A DNA stretch of 42,369 nt from Chiloscyllium plagiosum (GCF_004010195.1 NW_025214964.1:14063-56431), one strand, 5' to 3'. Numbered from the stretch's first letter, positions 11,062 to 23,840 are shown. A program made the numbers and translations. The notes: a model not told the origin generated them from the letters alone.

Positions 11062-11704
11062 GTTGTGATTCTGTTCGCCGAGCTGGGAATTTGTGTTACA
11101 GACGTTTCGCCCCCTGTCTAGGTGACATCCTCAGTGCTTGGGAGCCTCCTGTGAAGCGCTTCTGTGATCTTTCCTCTGGCATTTGTAGTGGTTTGAATCT
11201 GCTGCTTCCGGTTGTCAGTTCCAGCTGTCCATTGCAGTGGTCGGTATATTGGGTCCAGGTCGATGTGCTTATTGATTGAATCTGTGGATGAGTGCCATGC
11301 CTCTAGGAATTCCCTGGCTGTTCTCTGTTTGGCTTGTCCTATAATAGTAGTGTTGTCCCAGTCGAATTCATGTTGCTTGTCATCCGCGTGTGTGGCTACT
11401 AAGGATAGCTGGTCGTGTCGTTTCGTGGCTAGTTGGTGTTCATGGATGCGGATCGTTAGCTGTCTTCCAGTTTGTCCTATGTAGTGTTTTGTGCAGTCCT
11501 TGCATGGGATTTTGTACACTACATTGGTTTTGCTCATGCTGGGTATCGGGTCCTTGGTTCTGGTGAGTTGTTGTCTGAGAGTGGCTGTTGGTTTGTGTGC
11601 TGTTATAAGTCCTAGTGGTCGCAGTAGTCTGGCTGTCAGTTTGGATATGCTCTTGATGTATGGTAGTGTGGCTAGTCCTTTGGGTTGCGGCATGTCCTCG
11701 TTCC
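11062..11704 (-). mobile_element. Young 5'-truncated Penelope-like element with an open GIY-YIG endonuclease ORF and an 11-bp TSD
   Basis: Uninterrupted peptide LPYIKSIS..LLRPLG..NVVYKIPCKDCTKHYIGQTGRQLTIRIHEHQ..SLVATH..HEFDWDN..REFLEAWH..IN; TSD acacatcaatt at 11051-11061 and 11705-11715. Confidence 0.95.
11098..11137 (-). ncRNA. Minimal type-I hammerhead ribozyme at the PLE 3' end
   Basis: GCA CTGAGGA T GTCACC TAGACA GGGGGC GAAA CGTC TGT; palindromic ACGT stem III and GUC cleavage triplet. Confidence 0.75.
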
Positions 11705-12464
11705 ACACATCAATTAAAAAGAAGTAAAGAATTTTCTCTGAAGGAATTAAGTTTGAGAGGAAAAAAAAACGCTTTGGCCAATAATTGCTTGCTCTTCCAG
11801 GTAAAAACAATTAGGTATAACATGTTCAAGATGGTGTTCATTTTGCATCCTAGCACATACAAACAGATGTCAATAAGCACAGACCGTTGTCCCTGGGATC
11901 TCTAAACAGGGTTCACCAGGAGTTGTCAGGAACTCAGAGGGTTTTCTATGCAGAAAAACACTTGCACAAGTTTTCCAGGACTCACAATGGATTCTCCAAA
12001 AGGATTCTCTCCGAAAGGCGGAGAATGAGCTAAGATAGCTTCTCTCTTTCAGCAGGCAACATCCCAGTTGAAACCCAGGCAATATTCAAAACAAAGCCAT
12101 AAACACAGACAATGTCATTTCAGCGACTCTTGTTCAAGCTGAACAGTCTCCACACATTTTTCACTCATAGAGTCAGACAGCACAGAAACAGACCAGTCCA
12201 TGCTGAACATAATCCCAAACTAAACTACTCCCACTTGCCTGCTCCTGGCCCACCTGTCAAATGACCAATATTCCAAAAACAATAATAAACATGTGACATC
12301 CAACAATCTAGATTTAATTTGTGGATTAAAGGCAGTTTCATCATTTTCATTTGCATTTGCTGCTGCAGCTGTGAATAGATTTTCAGAAATGCATCAGGAA
12401 AGGTTCTTAGCCAAGACTTCGCCAACTTTGGAAAGACACTCAGGGAAGGCACTACCTAAAAAGA

Positions 12465-12715
12465 GTGAACACCACCGCCTACAAGATTCCCTCCAAGCCA
12501 CCTACCATCCTGACTCGGAAATATATTGCTGTTCCTTCACTGTCGCTCGGTCAAAATTCTAGACTTCCCTTCCTAAAAGCGTTGTGGGTCACTCCACAGC
12601 ATATGGACTGCAGCAGTTCAAGATGGAAGTTCACCACCATCTTCTCAAGGGGCAGCTAGGGAAGGGCAATAAATGCTGGACTAGACTGCAATTCTTATGT
12701 CCCACAAGAATGTAA
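12465..12715 (+). mobile_element. 3' end of the second (CR1/L2-group) LINE family
   Basis: accatcctgactcggaaatatattgctgttccttcactgtcgct...ctgcagcagttcaag...gggcaataaatgctgg; same 3' end as at 37850-38020. Confidence 0.75.
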
Positions 12716-12890
12716 AACATAGAACAGTACAGCATAGGAACAGGCTCTTTGGCCCATCATGTCTGTGCCCACCATGATGCCATTCTAAACTAATCTCATC
12801 TGCCTGCACATGGTTCATATCTCTCTATTCTCTGCCTGTTCATGTGTCTATCTAAAGGCCTCTTAATTGGTGCTATCGTATCTGCACCTA
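12716..12890 (-). mobile_element. CR1 3' end
   Basis: catagaacagtacagcataggaacaggctctttggccc is the reverse complement of a CR1 3' UTR and tail. Confidence 0.75.
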
Positions 12891-13769
12891 GTGACTAAAA
12901 GGAGAGGAATGCTGTGCTTTCGCCTCAGCCTTATTTGTTAACATGCGGCTGTCACCAAAGGAACAGGAAGAGCACATGGCAAGAGTCCCTGAAGCTTAGC
13001 TCTGTTGTCACACAGGGGCCTTCATTCAAAGGCTTTGAAGGGGTCTGGAAGAAGAAAAGGATTGAGGGCAGGTTGGTTGGTAAACGTTGGCCAAGCATCA
13101 GCCCATAGGCTTCAGTGTCATCAAAAATAGCCTTCTGCCTCCAAGCAAACCAATCTGGAAAAGGAGGCCATGTTTGTCAGTAGACTCTCATACATATGTG
13201 GGTAGGAGCTGATCCCTCACTCTGGCAAGACCTCATTCAACACTGAAATGGTGATAGAATTTTCTGCTGATCTATTAGATTCCCTTTTAGAGACTGCAAA
13301 ATGGTGGTGCACCATTAAATTCTTGTTGCCTTCCAACAAACTGCACATGGATTATGTGTCTTGGTTGAACTAATTTATTACAAAGTGATATTAAAAAGAA
13401 GACAAAGTGGAACAGCAAGTTAAATCATTCAGCATGCCCAAGAAAATTGACCTGGTTATCAAAATGAATCAATTTGAGATCCCTGTGGCTCATTAATGAG
13501 CAACAATGTGCATTTATATAATATCTCAAATATACTTTGCAGGAGCACCATTTAACTCTAGTCCCCATGAAGACATATTAGTGCAGCCAAGTGCTAGCAG
13601 TGTCCTAAGGAAGGAAAGTAAAGTCACTAGGGAGGGAATTCCAGAGAGCTTTAAGTTGAAGACATGGTCAGTAATAGTGCAGCAACTGAAACTATGGATG
13701 CACAAGGGGCCAGGTGAAAAGGAGCACAGAAACCAAAAAGATTGTGGATCTGGTGTAAAATTCAAGATC

Positions 13770-14190
13770 GGAGACAGTTACAGAGAGTGGTGAACTCGGC
13801 CCGGACAATCACAAAGGCCAACCTCCCATCTATAGAATCCATCTACCAGGCCCGCTGTCAAGGATAGGCCACCAGCATTCTCAAAGATCCATCAAACCCT
13901 GGCAATGATTTTCTATAACCTCTACCATCGGGGAGAAGGTACAGAAGCCTCAACACATACACTAGCTGGTTTCGAAACAGCTTCTACCCCACTGTTGTTA
14001 GAACACTGAATGGACTCACAAACTCTTAACATTCGCCTGTACCTGTGTTTTTTGTTTTTGCCGCTGTTTGCCTATTATTTACTATCTATGCTACTTAACT
14101 CTGTGATTTGCCTGTATTACTCGCAAGACAAAGCTCTTCACTGTGCCTCGGTACACGTGACAATAAATTCAAATCAATTCAATTCAATTC
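13770..14190 (+). mobile_element. Rex1/Babar-type LINE 3' fragment with (CAATT)n tail
   Basis: Translation LQRVVNSARTITKANLPSIESIY...ILKDPSNPG...LPSGRRYRSL...FRNSFYP (with stops) matches the Rex1 ORF C-terminus; caataaa followed by ttcaa repeats. Confidence 0.85.
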
Positions 14191-14239
14191 GAGATAGGGC
14201 AAGACATGACCATAGAAGGATTTGAGAACACATCTACTA

Positions 14240-14905
14240 GGCACAAGTCCACAATGTGAAGGGAAACTGCCCACTTGCCTGGATGTGTGCAACACTAACA
14301 GCAGCTTGAAACTATCAAAGGGAAAACAGCCTTTTGATTCGCACCTTATGCCACAACTTAACTATCCAACACCGATGCACAGTGTATACCATTTACAAGA
14401 TGGATTGCAGCAACAAGGCAACTCTCTTTCAACAGCACTTTTCAAACCTGAAACCTCAACCACCTAGAAGGACCAGGACAGGATATTTAGGGGGGGAGCA
14501 CCATCACCTGCAAATGCACCTCCCAACTAGGAATTACATCCTCATTCCTTCAGTGTCACTGGGTGAAAATCCTGTTTGTCCCTACCTAATGGTATTATGG
14601 GTGTCTCAAAAAGAACTGATGGAATCTCTACAGTGTGGAAGCAGGCCATTCAGCCCATTGAATCCTCACCAACCCTCTGAAAAGCATCCCAACCAGACCC
14701 AACCATTACACTGTCCCGGTAGCCCTGCATTCCCCATGGCTAACTCACCTAGCCTTCACAACCATGGACGCAATGGACAATTTCCCATGGCCAATCCACC
14801 TAACTGCAGCAGTTCGAGAAACAAGCTCACCTTCCCAAGTGCAATAAGGAACAGGGAATCAATGCTGATTTAACCAGTGACATGCACTTCCAAATGAAAA
14901 AAACT
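14240..14905 (+). mobile_element. Second-family LINE 3' fragment with an inserted HE1/CR1-tail piece (about 14605-14803, minus strand)
   Basis: cagtgtataccatttacaagatg...ccacctagaaggacc, resuming at ctgcagcagttcgagaa after the insert. Confidence 0.6.
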
Positions 14906-15134
14906 CTGATTTCAACTGGAAAAAATACCTCAACGTGCACATTGACAGAATGTATTTGATAATTTCCTTCCAGAGTTTGATATGAGACATGTAGTTAATT
15001 CATAAAGACTCAATGTGAAGAAAAAGAAATTTTAACCTATAAAAGCAAAAGGGAATTCAGCATCTAAATGTAACTGTATTGCACTGTGAACTACATAATA
15101 TGTTGTTTCGCTAGTAATTTTTAACAAAATCAAA

Positions 15135-15487
15135 TCACAGAATCCCAATTATGCAGAAGGAGGCTATCCAACCCATCAATTCAGCCCTGACCCGCTGAAG
15201 ATCATCTCACACAGACCCAGCCCCCACCCCATCTCATCCCCATGACCCTGAATTTTCCACCAAAGCCTGCTAATCCACCTAGCCTGCACATTCCTGCACA
15301 CTATGGGCAATTTCACATGGCCAATCCACCTACCCTGCACTTTGGACTGTGGGAGGAGACCAGAGTACCTGGAGGAAACCCATACATTCATGGGGAGAAT
15401 GTGCAAACTCCACACAGACAGTCACATGAGGCTGGAATCAAATCTGAGTCCCTGGCGCTGTGAGGCAGCAGTGCCTAACCACTGACC
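15135..15487 (-). mobile_element. HE1-type SINE, near full length
   Basis: tRNA-like head, V-domain-like gtgtggagtttgcacattctcccc and CR1-like tail, all on the minus strand. Confidence 0.88.
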
Positions 15488-17799
15488 TCATGATTAGGAG
15501 GTGAGCATTCAGCCCTTCAAATGCCTGTCTCGCTATTTAACGAGATCACAGCTGATCCCAAATTTAATACCATTTGCCTTCAATGGATCTTATTCCTCTA
15601 CAGTGGAAGAGCATTTACAAAGTCATTGGGGAAAAGTGACTGGGACTTATTGGATTAGCTTTGACAATGGCCAGCACAAGTGAGGTGAGCCAAAAGGGTT
15701 TATCTTAACTGGGAGCTCCTGATCAAGGTATCAGCATTACAATACTGACACAGTGAGCAAAACAAACAGGCCTCCCACTTCAATACATTATTTGATAAGA
15801 CAGCTCAGTACCTTTCTGTTGGCCAGATGTTGGAGGGTGTGGAGAGTATTCGCGACTCTCTGAATCTCCTCTGAATCTACTAGATTGTTTATCTCCTTCT
15901 CAGCAGTCCATGCCATGCATTTCTCAACACCACACTCTGATGAGCTATCAGAACCCAAGAACAAAATGGCACAATATTTTAAAATGATCGAGCTATGAAG
16001 TTTTGCAGTGAGTTGAACTTAGTTGTTAACTTTGGTCTCTGCTGGCATTTCTTACATACTTTTGTGTGAGTGACGGGAAGCTAGTGAGAGAAAAAGGAGA
16101 GAGACAAAGAGTAAAGCCAGATCAATATCAATGTACTGGGAGAATACAGATGAAAATAGCACAGTTCAGTGCAGCCAAAGTGCACAGATACCAACACCAG
16201 CACTTTACAATACAGTGCACTATAGGAAATATGGATTCCCTCAAGCCCCAAGTGCCTGGTGTAGGTGAGCATGGCCAGCTTTCTGGTCTGACTGGAAGAG
16301 TCTTGTTCAGTAAGTTCTTCCTGCATTACCACAACCATTTGCAGATTACCCGAAAATGGCCAACATTATTGCAAAGACTGTTAGGAGTATACCAGCCTCA
16401 GGTCTGAGCCCCGACAGCTCCCTCATCGTCTTCATGACATTATCCCAATGACTCATTCTTATTACACTGAGTCAAAAATGAAGCCTTTCAGACACATATA
16501 CAACAGGAACTCACTCAGGAAACATAAGGGCCAGTCTTCTGGGTTTGCTTTGCCTGTGAGGAGACATCCTGCATCAGATACCTAGCAAAGTTTGGCAACA
16601 ACTGGACAAGAGTTACAAAGGAAGTAGGTGGCTGTAGACTAAAGGATGGGCCTTTATCTGGAGACAGTTACTGAGCATTCACAAAAGGAGCTGTCATAGA
16701 GACATCGGGTCACACAGAGTCGGACAGACCCACAGTTGGAGTCCTCTCTGACCATCTTTTGCCTACAGTTATTATTCAATAAAGCCCATTGCTGTTCACT
16801 GACAAGATTGTAAATCTCACATTATGAAAATATCCACTGGCTTATGAACTATGTATATTGGCACCATTATGTATCAGTGCAGCCAAAGTGCACAGATACC
16901 AACACCAGCACTTTACAATGGGAGTACTGTATCTGACTGAGGAATCCATGGCATACCATCAACGATTAGCCCTGGATACGGAAACAAATCTGGTCTGGGC
17001 AACATCTGCAGGATGGCGTGACAGAAAAGCAAGCTGATTTTTGGGTGTGATGAATGTTTTGCCTTGGTATTTTGTACAAGGGTGTGACTAAGCAGGTAAT
17101 TAGAGAAGTTGCCTGTGGAAGTTTCACAAAGTGCTAAGTGCTCATTATGAAATAATGGCAATGTAATAATGCTCATTAGTTTCATAGGTTCACATTCCAC
17201 AACAAGTGTTATGCACCATTCTTCAGGATTAACAGTAACGATTAACAACAAACATACAGGGCCCTCTTCTGGTGCAGTGATAGTGCAACCTACCCTCAGA
17301 CTAGGAGGCCTGGGTTCAAGTCCCACCTATTCCAGAGCTGCTTGGTAACATCTCTAAACAGGTTGATAAGGAAAAATGGATTCAATTTAAAAGAAATGTA
17401 GCCCATTATAATGGCATCACTTCAGTAAGTGTGAATTTATTGGACCAAAAGGGCAATTTTTGAAAAGTTGGACTGGTATAGATCCAAAGAAATGCAGTGC
17501 TCACTAAAATGTACTCGTCAGACACAAAAGATATCCAAAAAGACTAATCAAATGTTAGCCATGTTAAAGTAATATAAATGAAAACAGGCTTTGCCGCAGC
17601 TTTACATATCTCCTGTGTATTCCCAGTGCAGACCCCCATTCACGATGACCATTGAGAGACAACTGCACATGCGGCATTTACTGATGTCAGTCTCCAGCAA
17701 CAGCACGTTTGGACAACATGCCTCTGACCGTGTGCAGAGGATGCCAAGACTGGCGCACCAGCAATTTTCACACAGTTACATTGATGGGCAATGCCACCA

Positions 17800-18430
17800 T
17801 TAGAGTCTTAGAGTCATAGAGATGTACAGCATGGAAACAGACTCTCCGGTCCAACTCGTCCATGCCAACCAGATATACCAACCCAATCTAGTCCCATTTG
17901 CCAGCACTTGGCCCAAATCCCTCTAAAAGCCTTCCTATTCATATATCCATCCAGATGCCTTTTAAATGCTGCAATTGTACTAGCCTCTACCATTTCCTCT
18001 GGCAGGTCATTCCATACACACACCACCTTCTGCATGAAACATTTGCCCCTTAGATCTCTTTTATATCTTTCCCCTCTCACCCTAAACCTATGCCCACTAG
18101 TTCTGCACTCCCCCACCCCAGGGAAAAGTCTTTGTCTCTTTATCCTATCCATGCCCCTCATGATTTTATAAACCTCTATAAGGTCACCCCACAGTCTCCC
18201 ACACTGCAGGGAAAACAGACCCAGCCTATTCTGCCTCTCCCTGCAGCTCAACTCCTCCAACCCTGGCAACGTCCTTGTAAATCTTTTCTGAACCCTTTCA
18301 AGTTTCACAACATCCTTCCCCAATAGAGAGGAGACCAGAATTGCACAAAGTGGCCTAACCAATGTCCTGTACAGCCACAGCACAACCTCCCAACTCCCGT
18401 ACTCAATACTCTGATCTATAAAGGAAAGCG
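17800..18430 (-). mobile_element. CR1 LINE 3' fragment
   Basis: LSFIDQSIEYGSWEVVLWLYRTLVRP...DVVKLERVQKRFTRTLPGLEELS...GDLIEVYKIMRGMDR. Confidence 0.95.
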
Positions 18431-19089
18431 TACCATGCAGTTGTAGCTCAACACTTACCTGTGTATAAGCAGAAGTTTGTTGTACTACATCACTGTCGAA
18501 TGACAGAGTAGTGTCTACCTGGCACAAAGGTACCACTACCCATGTATTCACACTGGGCAGCCACTGTAAAAACAAAGAGCAGCTCTCTCAGCTTGAGTGA
18601 GATATAGTCTAACGCAGACAGTGTACAGCTGAAGTGTGACTTCTGACTATTTGTATTCGAGTGTTTGCGATGAAATCCTGTTTGCATGCATTGCTCTTGT
18701 ACTGCGCAAGCAGCAACCCATGACTGGTAACAACTACCACACAGAGCCTCTGGTGGCAACATTCAATTCTGCCCAGAAACAGGGGATGAGCTTATTGCAA
18801 TAGGTCACTCAGGACAGTTCGGGTTGGGGGTGGGGTTCACTGAAGAGTTACATTATTTAGAGAAGAACAGAAGACGACTCCATGTTAAGATGTTAAGCCT
18901 CTCCCCCCGCGCCCCCACCCCCAAGTCCCTCATACCCACTCAAGACTCTTTCCACCTCAACTGTTTTAATATTTGCACTATTTTGAAAATACTCTTGTAT
19001 TATCTTTATTTGCCTACTTTGAAATCAATTCGCCATTCACTTAATCTATAAACCCTACTCTAATGTAAGGCTTCAACCGACATTGTTTA

Positions 19090-19200
19090 AAATGCCCCCC
19101 TACTTTGTCTCATAAGCCGACTTGGATATGTGGCTCCTTATCCGACCATCTCAAGTTGATAATAAATATGATGAGTAGCTGAGGTGCCGATACAGACCCA
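19090..19200 (-). mobile_element. Very old CR1 RT-core remnant
   Basis: Minus strand resembles a decayed GPQLFTIFINDL...HISKFADDTKLGG segment. Confidence 0.4.
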
Positions 19201-19331
19201 CGTGGGCCACCTCTGGTTGGATGCAGCCTATTGGAAAGCATGCTGATAACCCCCATACTGTCTCCTCCTTCTCTTCACCAATTTGCTAAACACCATCAAT
19301 TTCATGGGCATCAATGTTAACTAACAGTCTC

Positions 19332-19662
19332 TTAGTCATAGTCATACAGGCATGGAAACAGACCCTTTGGTCCAACCAGTCCATGCTGAATATAATCCCA
19401 ATCTAAACTAGTCCCACCTGGCCCATATCCCTCCAAATCATTCCTATTCATGGACTTATCCAAATGTCTTTTAAACGTTGTACCCACACCCACCACTTCC
19501 TCAGGAAGTTCATTCCACACGCGAACCATCCTCGGTGTAAAAACTTTGCTCCTCGTGAATTTTTTAATATCTTTCTTCTCTCACTTTAAAAAAGTGTCCC
19601 CAAGTCTTGAAATCCCCCATCCCAGGGAAAAGACAATGACTGTTAATTCAATCTATACCCCT
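19332..19662 (-). mobile_element. CR1 LINE 3' fragment
   Basis: VRVWNELPEEVV..TTFKRHLDKSMNRNDLEGYG plus a ctgtatgactatgact tail. Confidence 0.9.
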
Positions 19663-19908
19663 CTCCTCCTTCAGAAAGAATAGGACTCTTTGTCTGCACC
19701 CACAGACTGTGTGTGCCATCAATTGAATGGGTGGAGCCAATCTAACATGAATATTAATTTTCCAAGGTCCTAACATTCACAGTGTAACCTCTTATTTTGT
19801 TAGCGCTCCCGAAATGCATTAAATTGAATTCCATTTGTCACTGCTCTGCCCACATGACCTTTAATATCCTTCTGCATTTTATACCTTTCATCCTCACCAT
19901 TTACCAGT

Positions 19909-20072
19909 TGAAAGTGAGGACTGCAGATGCTGGAGATCAGAGTCAAGATTAGAGTGGTGCTGGAAAAGCACAGTACGTCAGGCAGCATCCGAGGAGCAGG
20001 TAAATCGACATTTCGGGCAAAAGCCCTTGATCAGGTTTCTGATGAATGGCTTTTGCCTGAAACGTCAATTTT
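19909..20072. mobile_element. Penelope-derived palindromic element with hammerhead-like cores on both strands
   Basis: gaaagtgaggactgcagatgctggagatcagag head; plus-strand core CTGATGA AT GGC TTTT GCC T GAAA CGTC at 20039-20066; the minus-strand core is mutated (CTGATCA). Confidence 0.8.
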
Positions 20073-20137
20073 ACACTGTAGAATTCAAATATAACTATAA
20101 ATTGTTCAAGTGGGAAATGAAGAAGCAAAGAGGCACT

Positions 20138-21450
20138 CAGCCATGAGATCATCTAGTTTTGGTTGGTTGTGAGTTAAATATTGACCAGAGCAATGGAGGA
20201 ATGAGCTGATCGGCTCTTTCCTGAATTAGCGGCAGAGTATCTTTTACATTCACCCGCAAGGGGAGACAGGATTTTGTTTTAATCCCATCCAAAAGCCAGC
20301 ACTGTCAATAGCACCAGACTCTCGCTAGTGCACTGCAAGTGCCTAATGGATTTTTATAAATGTCTCTGTAGTAGAGATTGAACCTACAACTTTCGGCTGA
20401 AAGGCAACAGTACTACCACAGCTATCACTGAAACAGCAGACCAAAGCACTCACAATGCCTGTACTTATCAAAATGTGACTGTTTTATCCTTGGCCTGTCC
20501 CTATAATGTAATTCTGGATATACAATGCACATTCAGATATTCCGGAATAAACCTGTATTAGTCACTGGCAGTTTCAAATAGAAAGAACCTCAGATATTTT
20601 AAAAGAAGAGCTGCTAACTTATTCACTGCCTTGGCTTTTCAATTAGCACCGCTATTAAGTTCAATTGTTTCCGAATTAAAATAAATTGACAGTTGTTAAG
20701 ATTTGAAAATGTGTTGCTGGAAAAGCGCAGCAGGTCAGGCAGCATCCAAGGAGCAGGAGAATCGACGTTTCGGGCATGAGTCCATCTTCAGGATTCCTGA
20801 AGAAGGGCTCATGCCCGAAACGTCAATTCTCCTGCTCCTTGGATGCTGCCTGACCTGCTGTGCTTTTCCAGCAACACATTTTCAAATCTTAACAACTGTC
20901 AATTTATTTTAATTCGGAAACAATTGAACTTAATAGCGGTGCTAATTGAAAAGCCAAGGCAGTGAATAAGTTAGCAGCTCTTCTTTTAAAATATCTGAGG
21001 TTCTTTCTATTTGAAACTGCCAGTGACTAATACAGGTTTATTCCGGAATATCTGAATGTGCATTGTATATCCAGAATTACATTATAGGGACAGGCCAAGG
21101 ATAAAACAGTCACATTTTGATAAGTACAGGCATTGTGAGTGCTTTGGTCTGCTGTTTCAGTGATAGCTGTGGTAGTACTGTTGCCTTTCAGCCGAAAGTT
21201 GTAGGTTCAATCTCTACTACAGAGACATTTATAAAAATCCATTAGGCACTTGCAGTGCACTAGCGAGAGTCTGGTGCTATTGACAGTGCTGGCTTTTGGA
21301 TGGGATTAAAACAAAATCCTGTCTCCCCTTGCGGGTGAATGTAAAAGATACTCTGCCGCTAATTCAGGAAAGAGCCGATGAGCTCATTCCTCCATTGCTC
21401 TGGTCAATATTTAACTCACAACCAACCAAAACTAGATGATCTCATGGCTG
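20138..21450. repeat. 1,313-bp near-perfect palindrome centred at 20794
   Basis: 20138 cagccatgagatcatctagttttgg... is the reverse complement of ...ccaaaactagatgatctcatggctg 21450; centre GGA-T-TCC. Confidence 0.95.
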
Positions 21451-22247
21451 TGTATGGGAGTTGAGGCGTGCAAACTGGCTGTTAATTTCTGTACATGACA
21501 GCAATGATTGCACTTCAATGACTATAAAACTTTATCAGGAATACCCTGAGGTTGTAAAAAGGTGCTACAGAAATGAAAGTCTCTCTTAGAAATTAAGCCA
21601 ATTTACGGGAATCTTGTAAGCGCTGGGATTTGGGTATATCATTCAAGCATTAAGATAAATCAGCACTTGACAAACCCCGAATCAAGACTCAAGACTCAGA
21701 AACCCTTCATTAAAATTTACCAGTTGAAAATTTGGTGAAACAGGGAAGTCCACTTTGATTTGCCCTTACTCCGTGGTTTCTCAGACAAGTGGGTTTGTAC
21801 CTCTCATATAAAAAAATTGAATCAGACGTTACCAATGCACCTAACACTATGGGCAATTTAGCATGGCCAATTCACCTGGCCTGTAGGAGGAAATCCATGC
21901 AGACATGGAGAGAACATACAAACTCCACACAGACAGTCACCCAAGGCAAGGATTGAACATGGGACCCCAGTGCTGTGAGGCAGCAATGCTAACCACTGAG
22001 CCACCTTGCCCCCACCAAATCAAAGCATTATTTTAGATTAGGTGGAGGAGGAGCAAGTTATAGTGGATTAAGTTTAAGTTTAGGCCTTGGTTTAAAGGCT
22101 GGTGTTTATCATTGGGTTTATCAGATGAAAGGGGGCCTTGGTTGAGCTAGCTCAGGTACTCCCACCCTGATACCACGATAATTGAGCAGTAGACTTGTCA
22201 TTGTCTCTCGATTAGTCCACTGCAGGTTTTGACATGAGGAAATACCT
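20704..22247 (+). repeat. Near-identical direct duplicate of 6567-8110 (offset 14,137)
   Basis: Same offset at start, palindrome centre and end (ggaaatacct), so no net indel; only a handful of substitutions seen. Confidence 0.95.
20797..20824 (+). ncRNA. Hammerhead ribozyme core
   Basis: CTGAAGA A GGGC TCAT GCCC GAAA CGTC. Confidence 0.65.
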
Positions 22248-22428
22248 TCTCAGCTACCTTTCCCCCAACCCCATCCCCCTTCCCATTTCACTCTCCATCC
22301 CATTGGCCCACAAGCCTCATTCCTGATGTCGATTCTTCTGCTCCTCGGATGCTGCCTGACCTGCTATGTCCTTCCACCACCACACTCTCGACTCTGATCT
22401 CCAGCATCTGCAGTCCTCACTCTCTCCT
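22248..22428 (+). mobile_element. Penelope 3'-end/pLTR fragment with the hammerhead core deleted
   Basis: gcctcattcctgatg joined directly to tcgattcttctgctcctcggatgctgcctgacctg...ctccagcatctgcagtcctcactctctcc. Confidence 0.75.
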
Positions 22429-22429
22429 A

Positions 22430-22965
22430 TGACCTTGGTGAGGCCTCTTTGGGGAGTACAGTGTCCAGTTCTGGTTGCCCTGTTATAGGAAGGGTATTAT
22501 TAAGCTGGAGAGGGTTCAGAAGAGATTTACCAGGGTGTTGCCGGGTTTGAGTTATTGTGAGAGGTTGGATAGGCTAGAACCTTTTTCGCTGGAGCCAAGG
22601 AGGTTGAGAGGCAACCTTACAGAAGTTTATAAAATTATGAAGGGCATGGTTAGAGTCTTTCCCTAGGATGGGGGATTTTAAGACTAACGGGCACACTTTT
22701 AAGATGAAAGGGGAAAGATTTATAAATGACATGAAGGGAAGATATTTTACATAGAGGATGGCTCATGTGTGGAATGAACTTCCTGAGGAAGTGGTGGAGG
22801 TGAGTACAATTACAATGTTTAAAAGATGAAAGTACATGAATAGGAAAGGTTTGGAGGGATATGGGCCAGGGGCAGGTAGATGGGACTAGTTTAGTTTGGG
22901 ATTATGTCTGGCATGGACTGGTTGGACCAAAGGGTCTGTTTCTGTGCTCTCTGGCTCTATGATGT
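22430..22965 (+). mobile_element. CR1 LINE 3' fragment
   Basis: PCYRKGIIKLERVQKRFTRVLPG..RRLRGNLTEVYKIMKG and a CR1 3' UTR. Confidence 0.92.
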
Positions 22966-23681
22966 CATGTGACTTTCTTGAAGACACAGGCCTATGTGGT
23001 CTGGAAAGTATTCAATAACACACGACTGTTTAAAGAATCCCAATGATTTACATTATAGGCAGAACTCACACCCAGTGGATTATTTTCAGAATGAATACCA
23101 CCACATCCATAAACACAAAAGTTCTATACTTCAGCTTGTAATGCAGGTTTCCTGGGATTTGAGTCTTGCTTTCCTGTACTTTGCAGCAAAATTGTGAATG
23201 AATTCCAAAAATCAGTTCTCGGTCACACTAAGAGTACCTCACTGTGATTATCCAGCTATCAAACAGTGTAGATGTGTGAAGATACCAGTGTATTGAGCCC
23301 CTCAGTAATAATACTGTGCACTCCACCTTCCACAAACTAAAATCTACTCCACTCATATCACTGAAAGTTCAAAGTACTGCTTCTGCATTATTATGCCACT
23401 GCCCATTATTATTCTTGCACTAATTTACAGAGTTCATGGAAGAAAGTTTTTGAGTGCACCAGGATTAATTGATTTTTTTAAGTTCCACATGAACGCCCTC
23501 CCATCCTACATCAGCTCACCCCATCAGCATATTCTTTTGTTTCCCATGTTATTGTCTAGCCTCATTTTCCAAGAATCTACATTCCATAGTGAGTTCACAA
23601 TCTTCTCTGAGTTCTTCAATGTTGTCTATTAGAATTATTGGTGATTCTTATTGATAAAACACACACATTTACACACAACAA

Positions 23682-23840
23682 CAACAACAACCTCTGTTAT
23701 CCAAACATCAATTATCCAAATTTCAGATTATCCGAACAAGATCTCAAGGTCCTGTAAAAACGTTATCTGCTATCTGAACAATCAGTTATCCGAACAAAAT
23801 ACACTCTGCCCATCTTGTTCAATTAACTGAGGTTGTTCTG
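23682..23840. mobile_element. Small MITE, probably Tigger/pogo-derived
   Basis: Imperfect terminal inverted repeats acaacctctgttatccaaaca / tgttcaattaactgaggttgttctg, with internal ttatccgaaca subrepeats. Confidence 0.6.

Noticed and set aside
11705..11810. N-terminal extension of the 230-aa GIY-YIG ORF as a domesticated gene
   Set aside because: It lies outside the TSD and is chance read-through into flanking DNA of a 5'-truncated insertion.
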